64,000 bases of DNA from an uncultured Gammaproteobacteria bacterium (GCA_964349125.1 CAYGFH010000003.1:17501-81500), one strand, 5' to 3'. Numbered from the stretch's first letter, positions 8,648 through 18,877 are shown. The notes: generated by a model not told the origin, from the letters alone. Made by a program: numbers and translations.

Positions 8648-10402
8648 ATGTCAGACACAGACAAGCTAAATAACCTACGTCATTCAGCCGCACATCTACT
8701 TGCGGCTGCTGTCATGGAGATATGGCCGCACACGAAACGCACCATAGGGCCCGCTATTGAACACGGATTTTACTACGACTTCGATTTCGGTGATGTCAAA
8801 GTCTCAGAGGACGATTTCCCAAAGATTGAAGCAAAAATGAAAGAGCTTGTTAAGTCATGGAAATCATTCGATAGACGAGAGGTAACCAAAGATGAAGCGC
8901 TGTCACTATACTCGTATAATCAGTACAAACAGGAACTCATTGAGGAATTTGCATCAGAGGGACAGTCCCTTACTGTCTATACCTCTGGCACGTATGAGGA
9001 TTTATGCAGGGGAGGACATTGCCCGCATCCGAATAATGACCTCAAGCATTTCAAACTCCTTTCTATCGCGGGCGCGTATTGGAGAGGCAGTGAAAAAAAT
9101 AAAATGCTGACGCGCATATACGGCACCTGTTTTCCAAAAGCCGTGGAATTAGAAGAGCATCTGAAACTACTCGAAGAGGCTAAAAAACGGGATCACAGAA
9201 AGCTTGGGGCTGACCTGGGTCTGTTTGTGTTTTCCGATCTGGTAGGACGGGGACTTCCTCTCTGGACTGCAAAAGGTGCGACGGTGCGACGCGAACTGGA
9301 ACGGTTTGTCGTCGATGAAGAGGTCAAACGCGGGTATTCACACGTATACACCCCAGATATAGCCAACCTAGAGCTCTACAAGACCTCTGGACACTATCCG
9401 TACTATAAAGACACCATGTATGCCCCTATCACCATTGAGGATGAAGACTATATGCTGCGTCCCATGACGTGTCCGCATCATTTTGAGCTCTATAAATCTA
9501 AGCCTCACAGTTACCGCGAGTTGCCGATACGGTTTGCTGAACTGGCCAAGCTGTACCGGTTTGAAAAATCCGGTGAGCTTACCGGCTTAATGCGTGTCAG
9601 AAGCTTTTGTCTGGCTGATGCCCATATTATTGCGCAGAAAAGTCAGGCTACGGCCGAAATCAACGGAGTGCTGGATCTTATAGATTATCTGGCGCAATCA
9701 TTTGGCCTAAAACCGACAGTGAACTACCGGTTCCGACTTTCTCTTGGTGACAGATCTGATGAGAAGAAATACTTCAAAGACGACGCTTCGTGGGATCAGG
9801 CAGAAGAGGTCCTCCGAGGAGTGCTCAAAGAACGGAAAGCGGATTTCTATGAAGCGCCGAATGAAGCTGCATTTTATGGCCCAAAGATTGATGTGCAAAT
9901 GAAAAACATCGTCGGAAAAGAAGAAACCGCGTTCACAGTGCAGTATGATTTTGTCATGCCAAAACGCTTTGCTCTGGAATATACGACAGAAAGCGGGACT
10001 AAAGAAGAACCCATCGTCATCCACAGATCGTCCATAGGCGCCATAGAGCGAACCATCGCATTTCTCATTGAATTCTATGGGGGAGCGTTCCCACTCTGGC
10101 TTGCACCGACCCAAGCGGTCATCATCCCGATTGCCGAGCGCCATGCCGAGGCTGCGAAATTAGCCTCAGACGCCCTCTTGGCACGGGGAATTCGGGTGGA
10201 AGTGGATGGCAGGAGCGAATCCATGCAAAGCAAGATTCGCGATAATACTTTACAAAAAGTGCCATACTTAGGTATAATAGGGGATCGGGAAGCTGGGGCA
10301 GGCGAATTGTCTGTCAGAACCAGAAGTGGTGAAGATCTCAAAACGATGAGTATTGAGGCCTTTATCACCCGATTGACAAGCGAGATTGAGCATAAACTTT
10401 AA
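8648..10402 (+). CDS. thrS: Threonyl-tRNA synthetase (N-terminal TGS domain absent)
   Basis: The N-terminus is HSAAHLLAAAVMEIWP...GPAIEHGFYYDF, the start of the N2 editing domain. Class II motifs, RDHRKLG, and the anticodon-binding domain are present. It is 584 aa against about 640 typical. Confidence 0.9.
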   Translation: MSDTDKLNNLRHSAAHLLAAAVMEIWPHTKRTIGPAIEHGFYYDFDFGDVKVSEDDFPKIEAKMKELVKSWKSFDRREVTKDEALSLYSYNQYKQELIEEFASEGQSLTVYTSGTYEDLCRGGHCPHPNNDLKHFKLLSIAGAYWRGSEKNKMLTRIYGTCFPKAVELEEHLKLLEEAKKRDHRKLGADLGLFVFSDLVGRGLPLWTAKGATVRRELERFVVDEEVKRGYSHVYTPDIANLELYKTSGHYPYYKDTMYAPITIEDEDYMLRPMTCPHHFELYKSKPHSYRELPIRFAELAKLYRFEKSGELTGLMRVRSFCLADAHIIAQKSQATAEINGVLDLIDYLAQSFGLKPTVNYRFRLSLGDRSDEKKYFKDDASWDQAEEVLRGVLKERKADFYEAPNEAAFYGPKIDVQMKNIVGKEETAFTVQYDFVMPKRFALEYTTESGTKEEPIVIHRSSIGAIERTIAFLIEFYGGAFPLWLAPTQAVIIPIAERHAEAAKLASDALLARGIRVEVDGRSESMQSKIRDNTLQKVPYLGIIGDREAGAGELSVRTRSGEDLKTMSIEAFITRLTSEIEHKL

Positions 10403-10910
10403 ACATTATCGGATCAATTATCAGATCACCAGCGCGGAACTCCGCGTGCTTGACGAAGACGGCAAGCAAATTGGTGTAATGAGCAAACTGGAAGCTCTCC
10501 AGAAAGCGAAAGAATTGAATTTTGATGTGGTTGAGGTAAATTCAAAAGCCAGTCCACCTGTCGCAAAGCTGATTGATTTTAAAAAGTTTAAATATCAGGA
10601 AGCCAAAAAAGAACGGGATAGCAAAAAGAATCAGAAAAATGTGGGAGTCAAAGAAATACGACTCCGACCGTTTATCGGCCAACATGATTTTGATACCCGG
10701 GTTGCCAAGGCAAACGATTGGTTAGCCCATGGCGATCAGGTGAAAATAGTGGTGTTTTTCAAGGGAAGAGAGATTACGAGAAAAGAATTTGGGTTTGAAG
10801 TCATGAAAAAACTCATGGCGGCACTCGGGGCTGTGAAAATAGTCCGGGAGCCAAGAATTGAAGGAAAAACGCTGACGGCCATGGTAATAGCCGATAAGAA
10901 GAAAGAATGA
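10386..10910 (+). CDS. infC: Translation initiation factor IF-3
   Basis: INYQITSAELRVLDEDGKQIGVM aligns with the IF-3 N-terminus. The gene overlaps the thrS stop, and its start is non-ATG (TTG at 10386, or in-frame ATA/ATC at 10392/10413), consistent with the unusual start codons known for infC. Confidence 0.85.
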   Translation: MSINFKHYRINYQITSAELRVLDEDGKQIGVMSKLEALQKAKELNFDVVEVNSKASPPVAKLIDFKKFKYQEAKKERDSKKNQKNVGVKEIRLRPFIGQHDFDTRVAKANDWLAHGDQVKIVVFFKGREITRKEFGFEVMKKLMAALGAVKIVREPRIEGKTLTAMVIADKKKE

Positions 10911-10957
10911 CAATATTCCTATACGGATATATTGATTTATAAAAAGAAAGTAGGAAC

Positions 10958-11155
10958 ATGACTAAGGTAAAAACAAAAAAAATTGTACGAAAACGATTTA
11001 AACTGACCAAGAACGGTAAGCTTGTCCATCGAGGACAGGGTGCACGACACATACGAAGCAAAAAGAGTAAGGCACGACAAAGAAGGCAGGACGCGCCACA
11101 TCAGGTAACAAATACCAGAATAGCCCGAAAGGTAAAACGATTTTTAGAAACTTAA
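10958..11155 (+). CDS. rpmI: 50S ribosomal protein L35
   Basis: MTKVKTKKIVRKRFKLTKNGKLVHRGQGARHIRSKKS is a typical L35 sequence. Confidence 0.85.
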   Translation: MTKVKTKKIVRKRFKLTKNGKLVHRGQGARHIRSKKSKARQRRQDAPHQVTNTRIARKVKRFLET

Positions 11156-11170
11156 GAAGGAGCATATATT

Positions 11171-11521
11171 ATGAGAGTTAAACGAGGAGTATCATCACAC
11201 GCAAAACATAAGAAATTGTTGGTAGCCAACAAAGGCTATCGCATGACAAAGCGCAGATTGGTCCGCGTGGCCAAGCAGGCGTATCTTCATGCTGGAGAAC
11301 ATGCATTTGCAGGTCGAAAACTCCGAAAGAGAGAATTCCGATCACTCTGGATTTCCAGAATATCAGAATCAGTGAAACAAAATGATATGACCTACAGTTT
11401 GTTCATAAATAAACTGAAAAAAGCCAATGTCGAAATTGATCGTAAAATGCTTGCGAACCTGATCATCGATCATCCGGAAGCATTTACCGCAGTGTTTAAT
11501 ACGGCAAAATCCGTACACTAA
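11171..11521 (+). CDS. rplT: 50S ribosomal protein L20
   Basis: MRVKRGVSSHAKHKKLL...AYLHAGEHAFAGRKLRKREFRSLWISRI is an L20 signature. Confidence 0.9.
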   Translation: MRVKRGVSSHAKHKKLLVANKGYRMTKRRLVRVAKQAYLHAGEHAFAGRKLRKREFRSLWISRISESVKQNDMTYSLFINKLKKANVEIDRKMLANLIIDHPEAFTAVFNTAKSVH

Positions 11522-11548
11522 CCCGCGGGATACATCCGACATACGAAA

Positions 11549-11572
11549 ATCCCGCTACGGCGGGATTTTTTT
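11549..11572 (+). terminator. Rho-independent terminator after rplT (ATCCCGC-TACG-GCGGGAT followed by TTTTTTT)
   Basis: A perfect 7 bp stem with a tetraloop and a T7 run sits 28 nt after the rplT stop. Confidence 0.7.
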
Positions 11573-11665
11573 GTTGATCAGTTAGCAAGCGAATTCACAT
11601 TCGCCAGTTTACTGTCAACAATCCAGCAATGCTGGAATCTTTGATTACATAAGGCAAATGAATTC

Positions 11666-12727
11666 TTGATAATGCGGGGTTTGCAACATATACTTATGAA
11701 CATGACCGGCGATATTCTATCAGCGCAAAATATGCAAAGTTTACTCCTTGAAATACAGGGGAATGCACTGACTGAGATACATGCAGGGAAGAAATCAGCG
11801 GATATTTTACGAACCGAACTGCTCGGCTCCAAAAGTGAATTCACACGTGTGTCACGTAACATAGCACATATTCCAAAAGAGGATAAAGCGCAAATCGGTA
11901 TATTTATAAATCAGGTGAAGCAAAGCATAGAAGACGCAATTGGGAATATGGAGACAGGACCTGCCCAAAAGAGCCACGCAGAATGGGTGGATGTCACGAT
12001 GCCCGGTGTTCTCCCGATACAGGGACATTTGCACCCTACGACACTCGTCATACAGGAGATGAATCAAATATTTGCAAAAATGGGATTCAGTGTCGCCGAC
12101 GGACCGGAAATTGAGACGGATGAATACAACTACAACAGATTGAATCTGCCTCTTGATCATCCTGCGCGAGACCTGCAGGATTCACTCTATATTGAGGAAC
12201 CAAACTGGCTCCTTCGTACGCATACTTCCTCTGTAGAGAGCCACTTGTTAGCGGAAGTCGCCCCACCGTTTCGCTATGTCATCCCTGGGAAAGTGTACCG
12301 GTTTGAGAATGCAAATGCCACGAATAACATAATGTTTTACCAGTACGAGGGCATGGCGGTAGGCACTGATATTACGCTGGCACAACTCAAGGGCACTCTC
12401 GATCAGTTCGTAAAGCAATTTTTCGGATCGGACAGAGAAACCAGATTCCGCTGTAAGTATTACCCGCAAGTCGAGCCGGGTGTTGGGGTGGATATCAGCT
12501 GTATTTTTTGCGCAAAAAAAGGATGTACCGTCTGCAAAGGAAGAGGATGGATAGAGATGCTTGGAGCAGGGATGGTGCATCCGAATATGTTTACACGCGC
12601 CGGACTTGATCCCAATGTGTACTCGGGGTTCGCCTGGGGTATGGGCCTGGACCGAATCGTGATGCAGCGCTACGGTATCCGTGATATCCGTTCGTTATAT
12701 AACGGTGATATTGGGTATAGTGAATAA
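11666..12727 (+). CDS. pheS: Phenylalanyl-tRNA synthetase alpha subunit
   Basis: HPTTLVIQEMNQIFAKMGFSVADGPEIETDEYNYNRLNLPLDHPARD and the C-terminal FAWGMGLDRIVM are present. The start may be at 11666 or at a downstream ATG such as 11696. Confidence 0.9.
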   Translation: MIMRGLQHILMNMTGDILSAQNMQSLLLEIQGNALTEIHAGKKSADILRTELLGSKSEFTRVSRNIAHIPKEDKAQIGIFINQVKQSIEDAIGNMETGPAQKSHAEWVDVTMPGVLPIQGHLHPTTLVIQEMNQIFAKMGFSVADGPEIETDEYNYNRLNLPLDHPARDLQDSLYIEEPNWLLRTHTSSVESHLLAEVAPPFRYVIPGKVYRFENANATNNIMFYQYEGMAVGTDITLAQLKGTLDQFVKQFFGSDRETRFRCKYYPQVEPGVGVDISCIFCAKKGCTVCKGRGWIEMLGAGMVHPNMFTRAGLDPNVYSGFAWGMGLDRIVMQRYGIRDIRSLYNGDIGYSE

Positions 12728-12730
12728 TAT

Positions 12731-14755
12731 ATGAATGTACCATTGGATTGGCTAAAAGACTATGTAAAACTTCCGAAAACGGAAGTCGAGTTAACGGATA
12801 AACTGACCATGGTTGGTCATATGCTGGATAAACGGAAAGAAGTCGCAGGACAGGTCGTTATTGATCTGGAGCTTCGGGGAAATAGGGCGGATATGTTCGG
12901 ACTAATCGGGGTGGCGCGTGATATGTCCGCCATATTTAAAACTCCGCTACACTTACCCAAAATAGCGTCGCTGCCGAAGACTGATCCAACCAGCCCGCTC
13001 GTTAAGGCTGAATCAAGCGTAAAAGGATTAGTGAAGCGGTATATTGCAGTCAAACTGAATGTCGTCGTGGCACCGTCGCCAAAATGGTTGGCGGACAGAC
13101 TGGGGGCCTATGGAATAGAGCCAATAAACAACGTGGTGGATGTCACTAATTATGTCATGATTGAAACCAGTCACCCAATGCACGCCTTTGACTATGACTC
13201 ACTTGCCGGCGGCACGCTGCACCTTCGCCGAGCAAAACACCATGAATCGTTTGATACAATTGCGCAAGGGACAACACTTCGGCTCACTGCCGAAGATATT
13301 GCCATTTGTGACACAAAGATAGTGCAGTGCCTTACCTGCATTGGCGGGGCGGCATCAAAGGTGACGGAGAAAACCAACACTATACTTCTGGAAACGGCTG
13401 TGTATGATGCTGCATCCAGCAGAAGAACAGCACGCAGACATAAAGTCGCTACGGAGAGCGGTAACCGCCATGAAAAACATCAGGACCCCGAAGAACTGCC
13501 GTTTGCACTCGCCCGTGCGGTGGAACTTCTCAAAGACGTAGCCAACGCTTCAGTGCAGGGTAGTGTATCTGATTATTATCCGAATCCCGTTACGGCACTG
13601 ACTATTGATTTCTACCCGAAGACACTCAAAAGATTGGTGGGAATTGAAATACCCCAGAAAGAGATTACGTCGATTCTGGCCGCGCTTGGATTTCACGGGG
13701 AGATACACGGTGAAAAAATACAGGTTACTGTACCAACTTTTCGTACTGATATCTTACAAGAGGCAGATATAGTCGAGGAAATTATTCGAATTTACGGGTA
13801 CGAACGGATTCCGGTCCAGACCCTGTCTGGTGAATTACCCAGAGTGAGTACACCGGCTCATATCCTATTCCAAGAAAAAATCAGAATAGCACTCCACACG
13901 CTCACACTCAACGAAGTGATTACCTCTTCACTTCTTGCCAATGCGGGTATATCTACATTTGAAACTCACGGCAAGTTTGATCCACATATTACGCTTATCA
14001 ATGCACCCGACCCGGAAATTTCAGCGCTTCGACCTTCGTTGTTACCAAACTTGCTTGAATATGCGAAGCATAGTCTGGGATATAGACAACAGCGCATTTC
14101 GTTATTTGAAATAGGCAACATTTACACTCAGCCAATACCAAAGCACTACGCGGAAGCTATGAGTGTCGGGATGATTATGGGAGGGTTGACACCGTCATCG
14201 TGGAGCAGACCATCACAACCGCTCACATTTTTTGATCTCAAAGGTGTAGTGGAAGCACTGCTTTCACAACTCGGCATACAAACAAACATGAAGCCTATAA
14301 GTACACATCCGAGTCTGTCACACCCGAGCTTGAGTATATACGTCGGAAAAACTATTGTGGGTCACATAGGTCAAATTGACGCGAGCATATTGAAACTGTA
14401 TGGCATCACAGACCCCATGTACTACGGCGAACTGTCTGTTAAAAGCCTTCAGGACGTGCCATCCCAGAACGAGCAGCCGTACACGATAGCTCCCCTCTAT
14501 CCTCCTATTCTGGAAGACTTCTCATTCACAGTGCCTGATCAGTTTGAAATCGGGCCATGTATCACTGCCTTATCTGCCATCCACCCCTCTATAGAGTCCA
14601 TACAGTTATTGGATGTGTACCAGAATAAACGTATGCTTCGTGTTACGTACAGTAACCCTGCAAAAACGTTGTCAAATGAAGATATTGCTCCTGTCCGGAA
14701 AAAATTGATTGCTCTAGCCCAGGAAAAATTTTCACTCATCCTTAAAACAGCATAA
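12731..14755 (+). CDS. pheT: Phenylalanyl-tRNA synthetase beta subunit, short form lacking the N-terminal EMAP/Trbp111-like tRNA-binding domain
   Basis: The N-terminus aligns with the bacterial PheT start, then jumps directly to the B3/4 region (NRADMFGLIGVARDMSA). The protein is 674 aa against about 795 for canonical bacterial PheT. B5 and FDX-like anticodon-binding regions are present. Confidence 0.85.
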   Translation: MNVPLDWLKDYVKLPKTEVELTDKLTMVGHMLDKRKEVAGQVVIDLELRGNRADMFGLIGVARDMSAIFKTPLHLPKIASLPKTDPTSPLVKAESSVKGLVKRYIAVKLNVVVAPSPKWLADRLGAYGIEPINNVVDVTNYVMIETSHPMHAFDYDSLAGGTLHLRRAKHHESFDTIAQGTTLRLTAEDIAICDTKIVQCLTCIGGAASKVTEKTNTILLETAVYDAASSRRTARRHKVATESGNRHEKHQDPEELPFALARAVELLKDVANASVQGSVSDYYPNPVTALTIDFYPKTLKRLVGIEIPQKEITSILAALGFHGEIHGEKIQVTVPTFRTDILQEADIVEEIIRIYGYERIPVQTLSGELPRVSTPAHILFQEKIRIALHTLTLNEVITSSLLANAGISTFETHGKFDPHITLINAPDPEISALRPSLLPNLLEYAKHSLGYRQQRISLFEIGNIYTQPIPKHYAEAMSVGMIMGGLTPSSWSRPSQPLTFFDLKGVVEALLSQLGIQTNMKPISTHPSLSHPSLSIYVGKTIVGHIGQIDASILKLYGITDPMYYGELSVKSLQDVPSQNEQPYTIAPLYPPILEDFSFTVPDQFEIGPCITALSAIHPSIESIQLLDVYQNKRMLRVTYSNPAKTLSNEDIAPVRKKLIALAQEKFSLILKTA

Positions 14756-14786
14756 ACGTACGGGTAAACACCTGCCAATCTGATAT

Positions 14787-16022
14787 ATGAATTCTCACAT
14801 CCTTTTAGGTATTTCAGGAGGCATAGCCGCGATAAAGATACCGGATCTGCTGACACTGCTGTATGCACAGGGAATTACAACGAATGTGATTGAAACAGAA
14901 AGCGCAACACGTATACTTCCACCCGAGAATATTCAAAAGATTACTGGGTCACCTGTATACACGACAATGTACCCTGCTGATTTTGACCCCAGCGCTATCC
15001 TCAAGCAGCGGAGTGTAGAACATATTCGAATTGCCGATCGCGCGGGTATATATGTGATTGCGCCGGCGACGGCCAATTGTCTGGCAAAATTGGCTGCAGG
15101 CATCTCAGACGATTATCTGACGACTGTAGCACTCGCAGTAACATGCCCCGTGCTTATATGTCCGTCTATGAACACGAATATGTGGCAACACCCAGCAACA
15201 CAAAAAAATGTACGGACACTCAAATCGCTCGGATACCATATACTTCCACCAGATAGGGGCAGCCTCGCGTGCGGATATGACGGAGAGGGTAGGTTGCCGA
15301 GCGTGGATGTCATTGCGGGTGAGATCACCCGTATCCTTTCACAAAGGAGTGCACTTCTTGGTTTGCGAGTTGTAGTTACTGCGGGTGGCACAACTGAAAA
15401 TATAGACCAGGTCCGCACTATCTCCAACCGAAGTTCAGGGAAAATGGGCATTGCCATTGCAGAGGCGTGTTTTCTGGCAGGGGCGACAGTGACCCTTTTG
15501 CGCGCAATGACGAGTGTGGAATCCCGTTACAGCATTCGCGAGTTCACATTTGAGACGACCGGCGATCTTGAAGCTCTTTTGGACGTACATATTCCACAAT
15601 CTGATATTTGCTTTCACGTCGCTGCTGTGTCAGATTTCTCTGTACAGGCACCGCTTTGGGGTAAACACTCAAGCAAACATCCTGTCACAGTACAATTAGA
15701 GCCGCGAAAAAAATTGTTGGATCATATGAAACGCATGAACCCGACACTGTTTCTTGTGGCATTTAAAGCTGAATATGATCTTACAGATACCGAGCTGGTG
15801 ACCGTTGCCACTCATAGGATGGAGGAGAGTGGCGCTGATATGATTATTGCCAATGATGTCGGGAAAAAAGGCATTGGCTTTCAGTCGGATACCAACGAGG
15901 TAATCCTCATCGCAAAACATAAAAAAGCTGAGATCCTTCCACGTGCGTCAAAAACCGAAATTGCCCAACAAATTGTGACAAGACTCTGCGCACTTATGGA
16001 GTCGGGGAGGGCGTCTCGGTAG
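14787..16022 (+). CDS. coaBC: Bifunctional phosphopantothenoylcysteine decarboxylase / phosphopantothenate-cysteine ligase
   Basis: The N-terminal flavoprotein domain has ILLGISGGIAAIK...PATANCLAKLAAGISDDYL. The C-terminal CoaB domain has VVTAGGTTENIDQVRTISNRSSGKMG. Confidence 0.85.
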   Translation: MNSHILLGISGGIAAIKIPDLLTLLYAQGITTNVIETESATRILPPENIQKITGSPVYTTMYPADFDPSAILKQRSVEHIRIADRAGIYVIAPATANCLAKLAAGISDDYLTTVALAVTCPVLICPSMNTNMWQHPATQKNVRTLKSLGYHILPPDRGSLACGYDGEGRLPSVDVIAGEITRILSQRSALLGLRVVVTAGGTTENIDQVRTISNRSSGKMGIAIAEACFLAGATVTLLRAMTSVESRYSIREFTFETTGDLEALLDVHIPQSDICFHVAAVSDFSVQAPLWGKHSSKHPVTVQLEPRKKLLDHMKRMNPTLFLVAFKAEYDLTDTELVTVATHRMEESGADMIIANDVGKKGIGFQSDTNEVILIAKHKKAEILPRASKTEIAQQIVTRLCALMESGRASR

Positions 16023-18609
16023 GAGTGGGTGATGCGTACGGTGTATTTACACCAATATGCCGTTCAGCGTCTGCGGTCTTACCTGCTTCATCAGTAACCT
16101 TTGCCCGAATAACGTGTGATCCGTTGGGTATGTTGAGGGTCTCTGTGAATTTTGCATCGGAGCGCTCTTTTACCTTTGTCCCATCGACAAACAGTTCAAC
16201 TTTGGATATAGAACGCATACTTGATGCTTCTATTTTGAACGTCACATCGTTGGAATTCACCTGTGCTCTCTCATCAGGCTCACGAAATGCGATATTTATT
16301 TCTTCTCCTCCCGCGTATGTTTCCTTTGGCGGATGATATTTACTGTCTCCCTGTGTGGCTATCCACGCGTCGATACCTTCCTGCCATCGGTTTTTGTTAT
16401 CGCCTGATACGGGATCGCTTTCTGTGAATACAATAAACTTTTTGAGATCATACTCACCTTTGTTAATCTCCACAGAATTTGCAAGTTTATTATTTTCCTT
16501 CCGGGAAACTTTTATGGTCTGATAAATGGGGGATGCATTGGTCGGTTCGGTTCCCCTAATAAATCTCTCTTTCCGAGTCGGACTTCCTTCCACCGGTTGC
16601 CCGCCGCTTAACGCATCGATATCCATTTCCAATATCGAATCAGGTCGTACAAACGGTTCATCGGATTTACCTTTGAGTGCCTCCTGAATAATACGATTCC
16701 ATATGGGAGCCGCGCCTGTTATACCTGACGCAAGTGTCTGGCTCATGGGAGAATTGTCATTATTGCCAACCCAGGCACCCACCACAACAGACGGTGTGTA
16801 CCCGATGGTCCAGTTATCTCGTTTATCATCGGTGGTACCTGTTTTTACCCCTACGGATTTACCCGGAATAACAAGGTATGATTTTGGTCCGAATACCTCT
16901 TTGCGTGCATCGTTGTCAGACAACATATCATTGATAAGATACGCAATGTCATCAGCCATGACTGACCGAAGGGGAGGCGCTTTGTACTGATAGAGCACGG
17001 CGCCCTTGGAATCCTCTACCTTTAATATCGACACCGGGTCTATTCGTTTTCCTTCTGTGGCAAACACTCCAAATGCACTCGTCAAATCAAGAAGGGTAAC
17101 CTCACCGCCACCCAGCGTGAGTGACAATCCTATGCGTTTGAGATTTTCATCAGTGGGCTCAAGTGTTGGCAGCCCCATATCGTACGCGAGGCGAAGCACA
17201 TCTTTGACTCCAACCAGCGCGCTGAGCTTTACCGCCACCGTGTTTATGGAGTTACCCAGTGCATAGCGAAGTGTCACGGGCCCCATAAATTTGCCGTTAT
17301 AATTTTTTGGATTATATTCTGGCTTCTTGGGGTCACCTGACGGATATTTTGTATCCACATCCATAAGCAGGGAAGCCGCTGTGTAGCCTTTCTTGAGAGC
17401 TGCTGCGTAGGTGATCGGTTTGATTGTTGATCCAGGTTGCCGAAGTCCTTGTGTGACAACATTAAATTTAAATCCGCTGCTATCGGTCGCACTGTAATCC
17501 TTAGAACCCACCATAGCGAGTATCTCGCCGGTTCTTGGGTCCAAGACCACGGCAGCGCCATTTGATACCTTAAGATTTTTGGCTTTCGTTACCTCTTCCT
17601 TTACGATGCCTTGGGATTTTTCCTGCAGCTTCCAATCCAATGTCGTGGTAACTCTGAGGCCACCACCTTCAACTTTACTCGCACCGAATTTTTCGACCAG
17701 CTGTTCCTTGATGTACGCGATAAAATGAGGAGCCTTGAGACTGTCTGAATCTTCCGCAAATTTAATAGTTTCCAGTTGTTTTTTTGCATCGGCTTCCTGT
17801 GTCGGGGTGATATATCCGTCTTCACGCATACGGCGAAGTACCTGCTCCGTGCGCCACACGTACGCTTTGGGGACACCGCTGAACGGTGAATACTGAGAAG
17901 GGGATTGCGGTAATCCAGCGAGGATCGCGCTTTCAACCAATCCTAAACCTTTTACCGGTTTATTAAAATAATACTGTGATGCTGATTCGACGCCTACTGC
18001 AGTACCGCCGTATGGAGCTTCATTGAGATACATGAGGAGAATATCATCTTTCTTATACTTACGCTCTATCTGGATAGAGAGTATAGCTTCCTTTATCTTT
18101 CGCGGCAGTGACCGTTCGTTAGTTAACAGTACATTTTTTACCAGCTGTTGCGTGAGAGTGGATCCTCCCTGGCAGCGGTGCAGTACCACACATGCCAATG
18201 CTCCTCGCGTGATTCCTGCGATGGAAAATCCCTGGTGTTTGTAGAAATCCTTATCCTCGACTGCAATAGTGCCTAGTTTTAGATAATTTGGAATATCCTC
18301 ATACTTCACCGGCAATCTATTTTGATCCTGATAAATGTCGTAAAGTGTTTCGCCATTTCTATCCAATATTACTGTAGATAATCCGTCCGTTCGGCGAACT
18401 TTATCCGGTCTGGGCAGATCTTTCGCATACCAGGCAAACAGTATTCCAACGCCCAGCATACCGACAACGAGTGCTCCGAACGCTACAACGGCAATGGTTG
18501 CCCACGTAGCGGTTTTGATTTTGTGGTACCCAATTACTTTTTGTAATTGCCGTTTATTGAAGACATCGAGCATATAGATTATTGTAGGCCGATTTGACCG
18601 ATTTGACAA
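15994..18609 (-). CDS. Class A penicillin-binding protein (PBP1A-type transglycosylase/transpeptidase) with a C-terminal Ig-like extension and a Pro/Thr tail
   Basis: It has an N-terminal TM helix. The GT51 motifs are EDKDFYKHQGFS, GGSTLTQQLVKN and RKIKEAILSIQIERKY. The transpeptidase motifs are STIKP, SxN and KTGT. The C-terminus is PYASPTPTETPSPTP. Confidence 0.85.
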   Translation of the reverse strand: MSNRSNRPTIIYMLDVFNKRQLQKVIGYHKIKTATWATIAVVAFGALVVGMLGVGILFAWYAKDLPRPDKVRRTDGLSTVILDRNGETLYDIYQDQNRLPVKYEDIPNYLKLGTIAVEDKDFYKHQGFSIAGITRGALACVVLHRCQGGSTLTQQLVKNVLLTNERSLPRKIKEAILSIQIERKYKKDDILLMYLNEAPYGGTAVGVESASQYYFNKPVKGLGLVESAILAGLPQSPSQYSPFSGVPKAYVWRTEQVLRRMREDGYITPTQEADAKKQLETIKFAEDSDSLKAPHFIAYIKEQLVEKFGASKVEGGGLRVTTTLDWKLQEKSQGIVKEEVTKAKNLKVSNGAAVVLDPRTGEILAMVGSKDYSATDSSGFKFNVVTQGLRQPGSTIKPITYAAALKKGYTAASLLMDVDTKYPSGDPKKPEYNPKNYNGKFMGPVTLRYALGNSINTVAVKLSALVGVKDVLRLAYDMGLPTLEPTDENLKRIGLSLTLGGGEVTLLDLTSAFGVFATEGKRIDPVSILKVEDSKGAVLYQYKAPPLRSVMADDIAYLINDMLSDNDARKEVFGPKSYLVIPGKSVGVKTGTTDDKRDNWTIGYTPSVVVGAWVGNNDNSPMSQTLASGITGAAPIWNRIIQEALKGKSDEPFVRPDSILEMDIDALSGGQPVEGSPTRKERFIRGTEPTNASPIYQTIKVSRKENNKLANSVEINKGEYDLKKFIVFTESDPVSGDNKNRWQEGIDAWIATQGDSKYHPPKETYAGGEEINIAFREPDERAQVNSNDVTFKIEASSMRSISKVELFVDGTKVKERSDAKFTETLNIPNGSHVIRAKVTDEAGKTADAERHIGVNTPYASPTPTETPSPTP

Positions 18610-18851
18610 CCTTATGATATGATCCTTTATACAAGTTAATAGAAATGCATTGATGGAGATTCAAGTAGACTGTATACAGTGACACATGAGAGAGCAGGCG
18701 GTTGGTGCAAGACCTGACGAATGTATACGGATCGAAATACCCTCCTGAGCATCCCGACGAACAAACACGAGTAGTCGAGGACGGGTATGCCCGTAACAGC
18801 ACTATACTGTGTTGCCTTTTGCAAAGCAGTGAATGAAGGCTATGGATCAAT

Positions 18852-18877
18852 AACCCGCCTCCGGCCGGGTTTTTTTG
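18852..18877 (+). terminator. Intrinsic terminator-like hairpin (CCCGCC-TCC-GGCCGGG) followed by T7
   Basis: A GC-rich hairpin at 18852-18869 is followed by TTTTTTT at 18870-18876. It is on the plus strand although no plus-strand CDS ends here, which implies an untranslated plus-strand transcript. Confidence 0.5.
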
